From the NCBI GenBank assembly GCA_016926395.1, contig JAFGOT010000010.1:13081-77080 (forward strand): a stretch of 64,000 nucleotides of DNA. Direction: 5' to 3'. The DNA comes from Candidatus Woesearchaeota archaeon (GTDB lineage: Archaea; Nanobdellota; Nanobdellia; Woesearchaeales; SKGA01). A model generated the notes under the pieces. It worked only from the letters and a program-made list of their open reading frames with translations, did not search any database and was not told the origin of the DNA. This document shows, one piece after another, positions 28,887 through 37,704 of this stretch. Numbering within the stretch: the first letter of the stretch is position 1; each line of letters starts with the position of its first letter. The position numbers and the translations under genes are program-made.

Positions 28887-30098
28887 TCATTCACCTTTCC
28901 AATCAAGAAATATCTTTGCTTGTTCTTTACGCAATTTTTCCATGTATTTTTGTTGAACATTATTTGAAAACTCTTTTGCTTCTTTTCCTGAAAAATAATC
29001 TTTTAAGAAATCTTCTGCGTATTCTTTATACCTTCCTTTCTTTATTGCATCTCGAAGTTCATGTATTAAATTGTTCATAAAATGCAGGTTATGTATTGTT
29101 GCTAGTTTGTATCCTAATAATTCGTGTGTTCTAAGCAAGTGGTGTAGATATGCTCGAGAATAATTTTTACAGGTTTCGCATTTACATCCTTCTTCTATTG
29201 GACCGTGATCGTTTTTGTATGCAACTTTTTTTATCATAAACCGACCTTTTCTAGTTAGCATACTACCATGTCTTGCGTTACTTGTTGGGTAAATACTATC
29301 AAAACAATCAACACCTTCTCCTACTGCTCTAACAACATCTGGTGGACTTCCAAGTCCCATTAAGTACCTGACTTTATGATCGTCAAAATGTTTTACACTT
29401 TCTGCTATTGCGCCCATTAATTCTCCTCGACTTTCACCAATAACTAGACCACCAAGAGCAACGCCATCAAAGTCCATTTCGTTTATTTTATGTGTTGAGA
29501 AACGTCTGTATTCTTCTCTTGTTCCTCCTTGTGCTATCCCAAACAGTAGTTGTTTAGAATCATATTCTTTTTTGAGTTCTTTGTGCGCGATTATACTTCT
29601 TCTTGCCCAGTCGTGTGTTCTTCTTATTGCATCAACGTATTCTTTTCCACTTAGACCATAATGAGCAACATCATCCAGTGTCATCGCAACGTCGCTACCT
29701 AAACGAATTTGGTTCTTCATAGCTATTTCTGGAGTATATATCATTTTCTTTCCAGATTGATCTTTAAACAACGCTCCTTCGTCTGTTTTTTTTATTAAGA
29801 AATCTTTACTCAATACTTGGAATCCACCACTATCTGTAAATATGTTTTTTTTAAAATGCATGAATTTGTGTATTCCACCCGCGCCTTCGACAACGTCAAT
29901 TCCTGGCGATAAAGAAAGAATAAATGAATTTGAAATTATGCTTTCAAAGCCCAATATATCTATATCAGCTCCTTCCATCGCTTTAACGCTCCCTTTTGAA
30001 GCTACAGGCATGAAAAAAGGCGTTATCACAGGCCCGTGTTCAGTGTATAATTTACCTACACGTGCTTTTCCATCTTCATAGAGTATTTCAAACGTCAT
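28887..30098 (-). CDS. tgt: tRNA-guanine transglycosylase, bacterial/eukaryal (position-34) type
   Basis: TPFFMPVAS, TDSGGFQ, GIAQGG, GGLVIGE, RYLMGLG, DCFDSIYPT, Zn site CKCETC...H. About 400 aa with no archaeosine-TGT C-terminal PUA domains. Confidence 0.93.
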   Translation of the reverse strand: MTFEILYEDGKARVGKLYTEHGPVITPFFMPVASKGSVKAMEGADIDILGFESIISNSFILSLSPGIDVVEGAGGIHKFMHFKKNIFTDSGGFQVLSKDFLIKKTDEGALFKDQSGKKMIYTPEIAMKNQIRLGSDVAMTLDDVAHYGLSGKEYVDAIRRTHDWARRSIIAHKELKKEYDSKQLLFGIAQGGTREEYRRFSTHKINEMDFDGVALGGLVIGESRGELMGAIAESVKHFDDHKVRYLMGLGSPPDVVRAVGEGVDCFDSIYPTSNARHGSMLTRKGRFMIKKVAYKNDHGPIEEGCKCETCKNYSRAYLHHLLRTHELLGYKLATIHNLHFMNNLIHELRDAIKKGRYKEYAEDFLKDYFSGKEAKEFSNNVQQKYMEKLRKEQAKIFLDWKGE

Positions 30099-30137
30099 TT
30101 AGAATAAAGAAAAAAACAAAGGAAATTAAAAAAGTAT

Positions 30138-30935
30138 CTACTTTTTCTCATTATCAAGATAAGGTAGAACTTCAGATGCTTTTTTATTTCTAAAAATGAT
30201 TTCACGAAGTGCATGAGTTAATGCAAAAGGTTTTGCTGATTGCCAGATATTCCTTCCAACAGCTATTCCTGTAGCTCCAGTCTTCATTATCCCTTCTGCA
30301 GATTTGACAAAATCATGCGAATCAACTTTCGAGCCACCTGCTGTTAAAACTCTTGCACGACCAGCATTTTTAACAACCCATTTATAGGCTTCAATATCTT
30401 GATTGTATTTTAGCTTTACAAAATCAGCACCTAATTCAAGACCTATTCTTGCGGCGTGAGATAAAACTTCTGTTGTTAAATCGTTTCTTATTGCTTGCCC
30501 TCTTGGGTATGACCAAAGTATTGCGGGGATTCCATAATCGTGTGCTTGTTCAACAATTTTCCCAAACTCTGCAAAACCATCTGCTTCTGTTTCGCTTCCT
30601 GGATAAACTGTATAGCCTACCGCTGCTGCGCCTATTTTCATTGCTCTATCAACAGAACATATTTGTTTTGATACAGGACAACCATGCCCTAGATTTGTTT
30701 TTCCATTTAATTTTACAACTAGAGGAACATCCCTGTATGCTTCATGATAGTATTTTTCAGAAATCCCGCTTTGAAGAATCACTGCATTATATCTTCCTTC
30801 TAAAGCAATATCTAGAATATAATTTGGATCTACGTTTTTTAGATTAAAATCAGTTGGACCGTGTTCCAGACCTTGGTCACACGCAATCATCAATGATTTG
30901 TCATTTCTCATTAAGTGATTTGTCTTAATATTCAT
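30138..30935 (-). CDS. fba: Class I fructose-bisphosphate aldolase (archaeal DhnA/FbaB type)
   Basis: ACDQGLEHGP, VVKLNGKT, WSYPRG, ELGADFVKLKY (Schiff-base Lys), AGGSK, AVGRNIWQ. Confidence 0.93.
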   Translation of the reverse strand: MNIKTNHLMRNDKSLMIACDQGLEHGPTDFNLKNVDPNYILDIALEGRYNAVILQSGISEKYYHEAYRDVPLVVKLNGKTNLGHGCPVSKQICSVDRAMKIGAAAVGYTVYPGSETEADGFAEFGKIVEQAHDYGIPAILWSYPRGQAIRNDLTTEVLSHAARIGLELGADFVKLKYNQDIEAYKWVVKNAGRARVLTAGGSKVDSHDFVKSAEGIMKTGATGIAVGRNIWQSAKPFALTHALREIIFRNKKASEVLPYLDNEKK

Positions 30936-30951
30936 TCAACTCAAACCTCAT

Positions 30952-32235
30952 TTAGTTCTTGACACTTGTCAATAAACAATCAACTATGCTTTTTTTATCT
31001 TCTTTCTCCCTTATAAGCTTTGCGAGGGATTCTTTTCCAAAAACGTGTTCTATCCAATCTGCAAAATGATTGAAATCTTTACCTATATGCTCTAAGACTA
31101 AATCTTCTGGTGCATATTTTAGGAAATATGCCAGTTCTTCTATGCTTCGTATGATTTTTCCGTTTTTTAATCGAAAACCTTTATCTTCTGGAGCTATTGA
31201 AAATGAAGGTAAGTGTTTTTCTGGATCTGTGAATTCTCTAATTTCTTTTTCAGATATTTTTTTTGTTTGTTTTCCATCAAAAACACTCATTTTTTCTTCT
31301 GCTTCTTTTAATGTTAATAATTTATTTTTTGCGCCGTGTTTTGATATGACGCTTTCTGATTGAACGCAACCTAGTTTTAATGATTCTTCAACACATCTAT
31401 TTTGAATTAGACCCGCAACAAATCCTGATGCGAATGCATCACCCGCTCCTGTTGTCTCTACAAGTTTTACAGTCGAAGAAGGACTTATGTGATAAATTAT
31501 TTTGTTATGATAGCAAGTTGAGCCATTTGCACCATCAGTAATAACAACATAATCAGTATCATGCGTGCTTAATGCACTTGCTAATTCTTCTGCACTGGCA
31601 TCTTTTTTATTTAGTAATAATTGTGCTTCTTCTAAATTTAAAACAAGAACATCAAGCAACTCCAATACTTCTCTTAATGCATTATATCCTAATTTTGCTT
31701 GATATGCTGAGGGGTTAAATGCTAGTTTTATTCCTTGACCTTTTGCATATTCAAAAATTGTTTTTAGTGTATTAAATGACTCTTCAACCATCGAAGATGA
31801 GTATATCCATTTTGTTTGTAAAAAAGATAGATTAACATCTTTTGTTTTTAGTGTGTTGTTACAACCTTTGAATGTTAGAATTGTTCTATCGTGTTCTATT
31901 GAATCCAGTATTATTGAATATCCTGTTTGTCCTTCTTTTTTTCCCAAAAAAGTTACATCATATTCTTTTAAAACTTTAATTACTTCTTCTCCGTTTTGGT
32001 CGGTTCCTAACTTTCCTAAGAATCCTGTTTTTAATCCTAAACGAGAAAAGGATGCTGCGGTATTTGTTCCCCCTCCGCCAATTAGAAAGTTCAATTCTTT
32101 AATTAGTATTTTACTTCCTGAAGGATAGGTTATAAAGTCCTCTTCTCCGTCTTTAGTGAGTAGTTTTACAAGTTGAGAATCAGTATTAGCAAACACATCG
32201 ACTGTGGCGCTCCCTATAGTAATAACATCGTACAC
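30952..32235 (-). CDS. PfkB-family carbohydrate kinase with extra C-terminal helical domain
   Basis: GGGGTNTAASFSRLG, ETTGAGDAFASGF. About 90-aa tail FRLKNGKIIRSIEEL...HFADWIEHVF. GTG start with RBS GGTGA. Confidence 0.9.
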   Translation of the reverse strand: MYDVITIGSATVDVFANTDSQLVKLLTKDGEEDFITYPSGSKILIKELNFLIGGGGTNTAASFSRLGLKTGFLGKLGTDQNGEEVIKVLKEYDVTFLGKKEGQTGYSIILDSIEHDRTILTFKGCNNTLKTKDVNLSFLQTKWIYSSSMVEESFNTLKTIFEYAKGQGIKLAFNPSAYQAKLGYNALREVLELLDVLVLNLEEAQLLLNKKDASAEELASALSTHDTDYVVITDGANGSTCYHNKIIYHISPSSTVKLVETTGAGDAFASGFVAGLIQNRCVEESLKLGCVQSESVISKHGAKNKLLTLKEAEEKMSVFDGKQTKKISEKEIREFTDPEKHLPSFSIAPEDKGFRLKNGKIIRSIEELAYFLKYAPEDLVLEHIGKDFNHFADWIEHVFGKESLAKLIREKEDKKSIVDCLLTSVKN

Positions 32236-32339
32236 CCTTCAACTCACCTAATTCAAATGACCTTTATTGATTTATAAATGTTCTGATGTACTAGTTAGTT
32301 GTAATAAGTTTTATAAACCAATAAAATAATGATTAATCC

Positions 32340-33566
32340 ATGAGCATACTTATTCCTGTAAAAAAAGGTCTTGAAGAGCCTATTCAAGCAGTTGGACATA
32401 AGGGACTATTATTTTCTCATCTTGAGGAAAGCATGAAGTTGCCTTTTAGTCTTATTATCTCAGGCAAGGTTTTTGAAGAGTTTTTAGCAGAGAATGGTTT
32501 GACAACAAAATTTAGAGAAAGAGAACATAATATCAAATTAAAAGAAGAAATGATTTCTTTGTTTAAGGACGCAACTCATGAAATTATGTCTGGACAATTT
32601 CCAACTCATACTATAGAAGATTTAAGAGAGTGTTTTGAACTTGCTTCCCTTGATACTTATAATCCTAACCAGAAAAAACTTGAAATTTTAGCGATAAGAC
32701 GTAGTACTGATTACGTTGATGAGGATGATCACATCCCTTCAGCAAAATATACAAAAAATGAGTTTGATGAATTTTTACGAGCAATAAAAACTTGTTTCGC
32801 TAGTCTTTACTCACCAAGCTCTGTGTCTCAACGATTAAAACAAAATATTGACTCATTTAGTTGTGCAATTATTGTTTCTAGAATTCCTAACATGGAAACT
32901 TGTTTTGAAAGTGATTTTTCTTACCATCAAAACACCATTAGAGTGAATAGTTATGTTGGATTTTTAGATCCTACTAAAACTGTTCCGCGTGATTCTTTTA
33001 TACTAAGTTCTGAATTCCTAAAGGTGGTTCATTCAACCATCCTTAGACAAGACATAGTTTCTGTTTTTGATGTTCTTACAAATAGCATCAAACAACAAAA
33101 ATTTGTTTTTCATGGCTCTTCTCAAAGTGCTACCGAACAACTTGTCCTTGAGATTGGTCGTTTAACAAAAAAGATTAGTAGTCAGATGAGTGTTGGCGCT
33201 AGTTTAAAGTCAGAATTCTTACTTGATAAAAATAACCAAATTATTTTTTTAGATGCTTTATTTAAACAAGCAACAGGTGAAGAAAAACCAAATCCCATTG
33301 TTTCACAACCTAAAATTCAAAAAGAGGAATTTTTTGATGCAAAGCCCGAGACCACTCTTGATATAAGTATTAAAGATAATTTTTCTAACGATGAAACCAT
33401 CACATTTGTTGATAGTCTTAAGTCTTTTCTTAAAGCAAACAAGCATAAAAGTAAATTTGGACCAAGTATTGATATTGTTCTTCGTGCTTTAGAAAACGAA
33501 GTTAATAAAGATACTTTACTTCAAGCAGTTGTTGTTGCTAGAGAAATTATTGATTGTTGGGATTAG
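32340..33566 (+). CDS. Degenerate PEP-synthase/PPDK N-terminal (nucleotide-binding) domain protein
   Basis: VGHKG, AIRRST and AIKTCFASLY echo VGGKG, AVRSS and AVKxCWASLF of PpsA. No phospho-His swivel or PEP-binding domain. Confidence 0.65.
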   Translation: MSILIPVKKGLEEPIQAVGHKGLLFSHLEESMKLPFSLIISGKVFEEFLAENGLTTKFREREHNIKLKEEMISLFKDATHEIMSGQFPTHTIEDLRECFELASLDTYNPNQKKLEILAIRRSTDYVDEDDHIPSAKYTKNEFDEFLRAIKTCFASLYSPSSVSQRLKQNIDSFSCAIIVSRIPNMETCFESDFSYHQNTIRVNSYVGFLDPTKTVPRDSFILSSEFLKVVHSTILRQDIVSVFDVLTNSIKQQKFVFHGSSQSATEQLVLEIGRLTKKISSQMSVGASLKSEFLLDKNNQIIFLDALFKQATGEEKPNPIVSQPKIQKEEFFDAKPETTLDISIKDNFSNDETITFVDSLKSFLKANKHKSKFGPSIDIVLRALENEVNKDTLLQAVVVAREIIDCWD

Positions 33567-33569
33567 TAA

Positions 33570-34523
33570 TCAATCCATTTTTTTAAGGATGCTTATTGTT
33601 CTTGTCATCGATTTGTGAACATATATTGGAAATTCTTTATACACTTCAAAATTAGTTTCGTCAAGATATGCATCTATGTCTGTGTCTTCATGCGAACCCA
33701 CTATTATAGTGTCCGTTAATGAATCTGCAACTGCAAAAAAATCACAATACAAATTGACAAGTTCAGAACTTATTTTAGAGTTTTTTCCGTATGGCAAATC
33801 AGTTATTATACATTCAGTCTTTTTTGTTAAACGAAGAGCATCATTTACTTCTAAATCCAAATCTAAATCATAAGCTAAAGCGTTCTCTTTTGCTCGCACA
33901 ACCATTGCTTTATCAATATCACTCCCTTTCACTTTCAAACCCATTAAAGCTCCCTCTATAACTATTCCTCCTGCACCACAAAAGGGATCTAAGAATTCTT
34001 TTTTAGCACCCATGTTTATCATTGCTTTTGCAATCTTCGGGTGTATACTTGTTGGATGATTGTGTTCTTTTAAATGACTTCTTCTATCATGAGGACTGTC
34101 TTTATTTTCAAAAACTAGCTTTGCAAGTCTCACTTCTGTCAGACTCCAGAAAAAGACATATTTATTGTCAGGATTTTTTATATCAACTTTTGGACTTTGT
34201 AATTTGTGATATATTTTATCAGCAAATGCTTTAACATCTTTTGTTATTCCTTCAAAACCAATAACGTCTATTTTGTAAGAGTTTTCAAATTGGCCCGTAT
34301 TTAATTTTTCTAGAACAGCACTCTCATCTCCTGTTTGGAAATAATCAAGAATTTCATATATCTCTCTTGTTAAACCAAGTCGTTTTACTAAAGAAAAATC
34401 AATTATATTTTCTGTAAAAAAATATCCATCCACATAAGGTGTTAATTTAACACTCAAAAGTCGCTCTAATTCTTCACGAGCAATATTTGGATAATCTTTA
34501 CTTATTAAAACAATATAGCTCAT
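33570..34523 (-). CDS. trm11: tRNA (guanine(10)-N2)-methyltransferase, THUMP plus SAM domain
   Basis: HPTSIHPKIAKAMIN, LDPFCGAGGI, GSDID, ITDLPYGK. Confidence 0.88.
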   Translation of the reverse strand: MSYIVLISKDYPNIAREELERLLSVKLTPYVDGYFFTENIIDFSLVKRLGLTREIYEILDYFQTGDESAVLEKLNTGQFENSYKIDVIGFEGITKDVKAFADKIYHKLQSPKVDIKNPDNKYVFFWSLTEVRLAKLVFENKDSPHDRRSHLKEHNHPTSIHPKIAKAMINMGAKKEFLDPFCGAGGIVIEGALMGLKVKGSDIDKAMVVRAKENALAYDLDLDLEVNDALRLTKKTECIITDLPYGKNSKISSELVNLYCDFFAVADSLTDTIIVGSHEDTDIDAYLDETNFEVYKEFPIYVHKSMTRTISILKKMD

Positions 34524-35020
34524 TTTTTCTTCGAGATTTTAGTTTCTGTTGATTCTTTTTTGGAGATGCTTTTGTTAATAAAAATAAGTGCAATTACAAA
34601 CAACACTATTCCAAGACCCGCCGCAACTAAAGAGTTAGCTTCGTTAAATCCCCAAACCAATCTTATTATGTTTATTGATACACCAAAGAAAAGACCATAG
34701 CTTATTATTGGTGCAATATTTTTTGCTAATAAAAGAACCACTAAGGTGATTATGCTAAGTATACTAACAATCACAAACACAGTTGTTTTCTCTTTTTGTA
34801 TTTGAACATTATATTCTTCTTGACAAGCTAATACTTTATCATTCTGAGCTACTTGTTCCTCTTCTGTTGCATTAACCTTTTGTATGTAAGGATAGCGTTC
34901 ATAGCAAGTATTTTGCGTTCCATCAACAAAAGTGTTTGCCACTAGAAATGTTAATGGAGAAAAAACAAGGATTAAAACCAAAATATAACCGATTGATTTT
35001 ATTATATCAAGAGAGCTCAT
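34520..35020 (-). CDS. Membrane protein, about 4 TM helices
   Basis: Hydrophobic segments around a small Cys-containing loop. Confidence 0.75.
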   Translation of the reverse strand: MSSLDIIKSIGYILVLILVFSPLTFLVANTFVDGTQNTCYERYPYIQKVNATEEEQVAQNDKVLACQEEYNVQIQKEKTTVFVIVSILSIITLVVLLLAKNIAPIISYGLFFGVSINIIRLVWGFNEANSLVAAGLGIVLFVIALIFINKSISKKESTETKISKKK

Positions 35021-35140
35021 TTACAGTCACCTCATTAGAAATTAATTTTGCATATAATAAATGTTTTGAAAATAAAGTAAAAATGAAAGCTTAATTGACT
35101 CCAAGCTCTCTAAAATAACGCAATTGAATCTTTGCAAGGT

Positions 35141-35632
35141 TTAGTATTCCCAACCGTTTTCTTCTTCAAATTTTTCCTTTGCAAAGTCTCTAAGCATATT
35201 TACAACAAATCCATAAAAATTCTTTTGAAATTCGTAGTACTGAGTTATTATATCAATATTTACTATTTCTTCTCGACCATCTATTTGAGTCATTATCGCT
35301 ACGTGTCGTCTGTATTCTTGCTCTTTATCATAAGGTGCTCGATGAATTTTTCTTAGTAAGAAATAAAGGTCTATATTATCTTGTACTTCTTGTTGCGGAT
35401 ACATTTTTTTTACAAGATTACCTTTTTCTATTGGTGTTTGAGGGTTTTCTTTTAGATTTTTTGTATCTCTTGCATAAGATAATAAAGCAGTAATTAAGTA
35501 ATCATATGCATCTATCATTCTTGATAGAGTATTAAGTAGGACATCGGCAGTTCTTGTATATTTTAAACTAACATAAATTAAGTGATCTGCTCGTTTTAAC
35601 TCTTCTCCTGCATCTTCTAAGTGTTCAATCAT
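35141..35632 (-). CDS. Conserved hypothetical protein (paralogue A)
   Basis: ELKRADHLIYVSLKY...LLNTLSRM; ATGA overlap with the upstream paralogue. Confidence 0.78.
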   Translation of the reverse strand: MIEHLEDAGEELKRADHLIYVSLKYTRTADVLLNTLSRMIDAYDYLITALLSYARDTKNLKENPQTPIEKGNLVKKMYPQQEVQDNIDLYFLLRKIHRAPYDKEQEYRRHVAIMTQIDGREEIVNIDIITQYYEFQKNFYGFVVNMLRDFAKEKFEEENGWEY

Positions 35633-36096
35633 TTTTCCACCAGGCCAAATATTTTTGTTGTTAATTTTTTAGTATTATGAATCTGTTCCCCTACAAGTAA
35701 AGGATCAATTTTTTGCATTTTGTAATCGTCTTCACAAATAATAAATGAGTCTTTTCTACTAAATACCACTGCACTTTCTTTGTGCTGATCGACCAAATCA
35801 TGCACTGTTTTTATTGTTTTTATCTCGCCCTCACTTAAAACAATTTGTGATTGTAATAAATCTTCAAAGGAATTTAGTTTTGACATAAAAGAAGTGTCCG
35901 CTTTTATTAAGTTTGAAGGGAGAACTGATTCGAGCAAATTCTCGTGCGATTGTTCTAAATTTGATAATACGCTTAGTAGCATTTTTGGGTCTTTTATCAA
36001 GGGATAGGTTACCTCCAATAAGTGTTCTGCTAGGTGCAGCTGATATACTGCTTTTTGTAAATGAGTTATTGATATTGATAACTTATTCAACATCAT
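35629..36096 (-). CDS. Conserved hypothetical protein (paralogue B)
   Basis: QLHLAEHLLEVTYPL...LLSVLSNL aligns by eye with paralogue A. Confidence 0.78.
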   Translation of the reverse strand: MMLNKLSISITHLQKAVYQLHLAEHLLEVTYPLIKDPKMLLSVLSNLEQSHENLLESVLPSNLIKADTSFMSKLNSFEDLLQSQIVLSEGEIKTIKTVHDLVDQHKESAVVFSRKDSFIICEDDYKMQKIDPLLVGEQIHNTKKLTTKIFGLVEK

Positions 36097-36445
36097 CTTC
36101 CTCAGCGCTAAGTTTTAATATAGCTTCTGCAAGGTCACCGTTTGATTCTTCAATTGCTTGACGTGCATCTTCTCGAGTTACGCCAGTCTGTTCTACTACA
36201 GTATCAATATCATCTTCACTAATATCTACCATCGCGTCTCTTTCAACTATTTGAGCTTCACCCACAACTTGGTAAGTTTCTTGGCCCATCATGTTAACTT
36301 TAGAAACGTCAGGATTATTAATTATAATATCTCTGTCAGCTAATCTAATAATTACTTGTTCGGCATCAATTTGATCTTGTTGAATGCCCATTTTTTTCAT
36401 AGCTTGTTTCATCTGTCTAGAATTCATGTTCATTCCTGGAATCAT
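36083..36445 (-). CDS. nac: Nascent polypeptide-associated complex protein
   Basis: MKQAMKKMGI, VIIRL, NPDVSKVNMMGQETYQVVG, C-terminal UBA domain (EDDIDTVVEQTGV...GDLAEAIL). Confidence 0.95.
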   Translation of the reverse strand: MIPGMNMNSRQMKQAMKKMGIQQDQIDAEQVIIRLADRDIIINNPDVSKVNMMGQETYQVVGEAQIVERDAMVDISEDDIDTVVEQTGVTREDARQAIEESNGDLAEAILKLSAEEDDVE

Positions 36446-36467
36446 TTTTGACTACTCCACACTAATT

Positions 36468-36620
36468 TTAAAGATTGTTTAATAGAATCACTACAATTGC
36501 GATTAATATTGTAATACCAATTATTGCCTGTGGCGATATAAGTATTTTTGACTTGGATTCTTCATAAAAAGAAGTTAGACCTGCCCCGCTTGAAGGCATT
36601 CTTATTTTATCATCAGCCAT
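36468..36620 (-). CDS. secG: Preprotein translocase subunit Sec61beta/SecG (50 aa; below the ORF-track cutoff)
   Basis: Manual translation MADDKIRMPSSGAGLTSFYEESKSKILISPQAIIGITILIAIVVILLTIF; AGL-x-x-[FY] and ISP motifs, single TM, RBS GGTG. Confidence 0.9.
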   Translation of the reverse strand: MADDKIRMPSSGAGLTSFYEESKSKILISPQAIIGITILIAIVVILLNNL

Positions 36621-36746
36621 TTTTTACACCGTAAATTAAAAAGACCCAACAATTAAAGTTATTGCTTGTCTCTATAGGTTTAGTAGAAAAGAAAGCTACT
36701 TTATAAACCTTTTCTAGAAAAGAGCTTAAGAGGTGTTTTTAGGGCT

Positions 36747-37172
36747 TTATTCTTCTAAATAATCGCAATTTCGGTCGCAAGTAGCAAATCCTGTCAGACC
36801 ATCAACTTTAACAACGGTTTCAAAAGAAGGATTATCATATTTTGATACTACCACTTGAGCTAACCAGTTACCATCAACAACATTAACATTTACCAATGTT
36901 GCTTGCCAACCATTTGCTCTTAAATGACCATTTACAAAATTTAGCGCTTTTGTCTCTGCATCTTTTTGTAGAATTACTATTTGTTTTTCGAACGTACAAG
37001 AGTTATAATTTGTAGTTTGTCGTCCATCAGGACAGAAATATACTAAATTATCTGAAGTCGCGACCTGTCCTCCTCCAAAACTACCATCTGAGCAAAGGTA
37101 TATTTCTTGGGTTCCACATGCAGTTAAAATTAGTGTTAAAGTCACCAATATCAGCAAAATCACTCTTTTCAT
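36747..37172 (-). CDS. Putative lipoprotein
   Basis: Lipobox-like LTA|CG after a basic/hydrophobic signal; several Cys pairs. Confidence 0.75.
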   Translation of the reverse strand: MKRVILLILVTLTLILTACGTQEIYLCSDGSFGGGQVATSDNLVYFCPDGRQTTNYNSCTFEKQIVILQKDAETKALNFVNGHLRANGWQATLVNVNVVDGNWLAQVVVSKYDNPSFETVVKVDGLTGFATCDRNCDYLEE

Positions 37173-37255
37173 ACAATAAACTTAGAACTTATTCTTTTTA
37201 AATATGTTGTTTAATTTTCAAAGCAACGTTTATAAGTTGATTTTAATTCTTAATT

Positions 37256-37703
37256 TTGTAGGGGTTGTATGTCAGTTCAGGACATATGTCTTAGGAAAGT
37301 CCGCCCACCAAGTCATAGGAATTTCAATCTCTGATTGCTAAAACCAATGACGAGTTGGCTCAATTTACTTGAGAATCATAATATGGTTGGCAACCGTACA
37401 GAAAAACACTCCTTTTGGATTATTAGTTTTTGGTATTGATAAAGAACATTTATCATAACAGAAACCAATGCACAACACAAAAGTAATTTTGTCGTTGATG
37501 TATGGAATGATGAGCGCGAAGCACTTGGCGACAAGTTGTGAGTTAACCCTCGGACGTCTCCAAAAGTGAAGATGAAAAGTGCGTCCCCAATTGGTGCAAG
37601 TCTGTATAGGCGCTTAGTAGAATCTGGCAATTTGATATCGCACGTGCTTGAAAAGTGGCATTTGTTTGATCATCACAGAAGGCGGCTTATTCAATCTCTA
37701 CAA
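37256..37703 (+). ncRNA. rnpB: RNase P RNA (archaeal type A-like), about 448 nt
   Basis: AGGAAAGTCCGCCCACC (CR-I), two ACAGAAA elements, GTGCAAG, ACAGAAGGCGGCTTA (CR-V). P1 pairing between TTGTAGGGGTTG and CAATCTCTACAA. Confidence 0.92.
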
Positions 37704-37704
37704 T

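Noticed and set aside
37376-37630. 84-aa minus-strand ORF
   Set aside because: Lies wholly within the RNase P RNA gene on the opposite strand.
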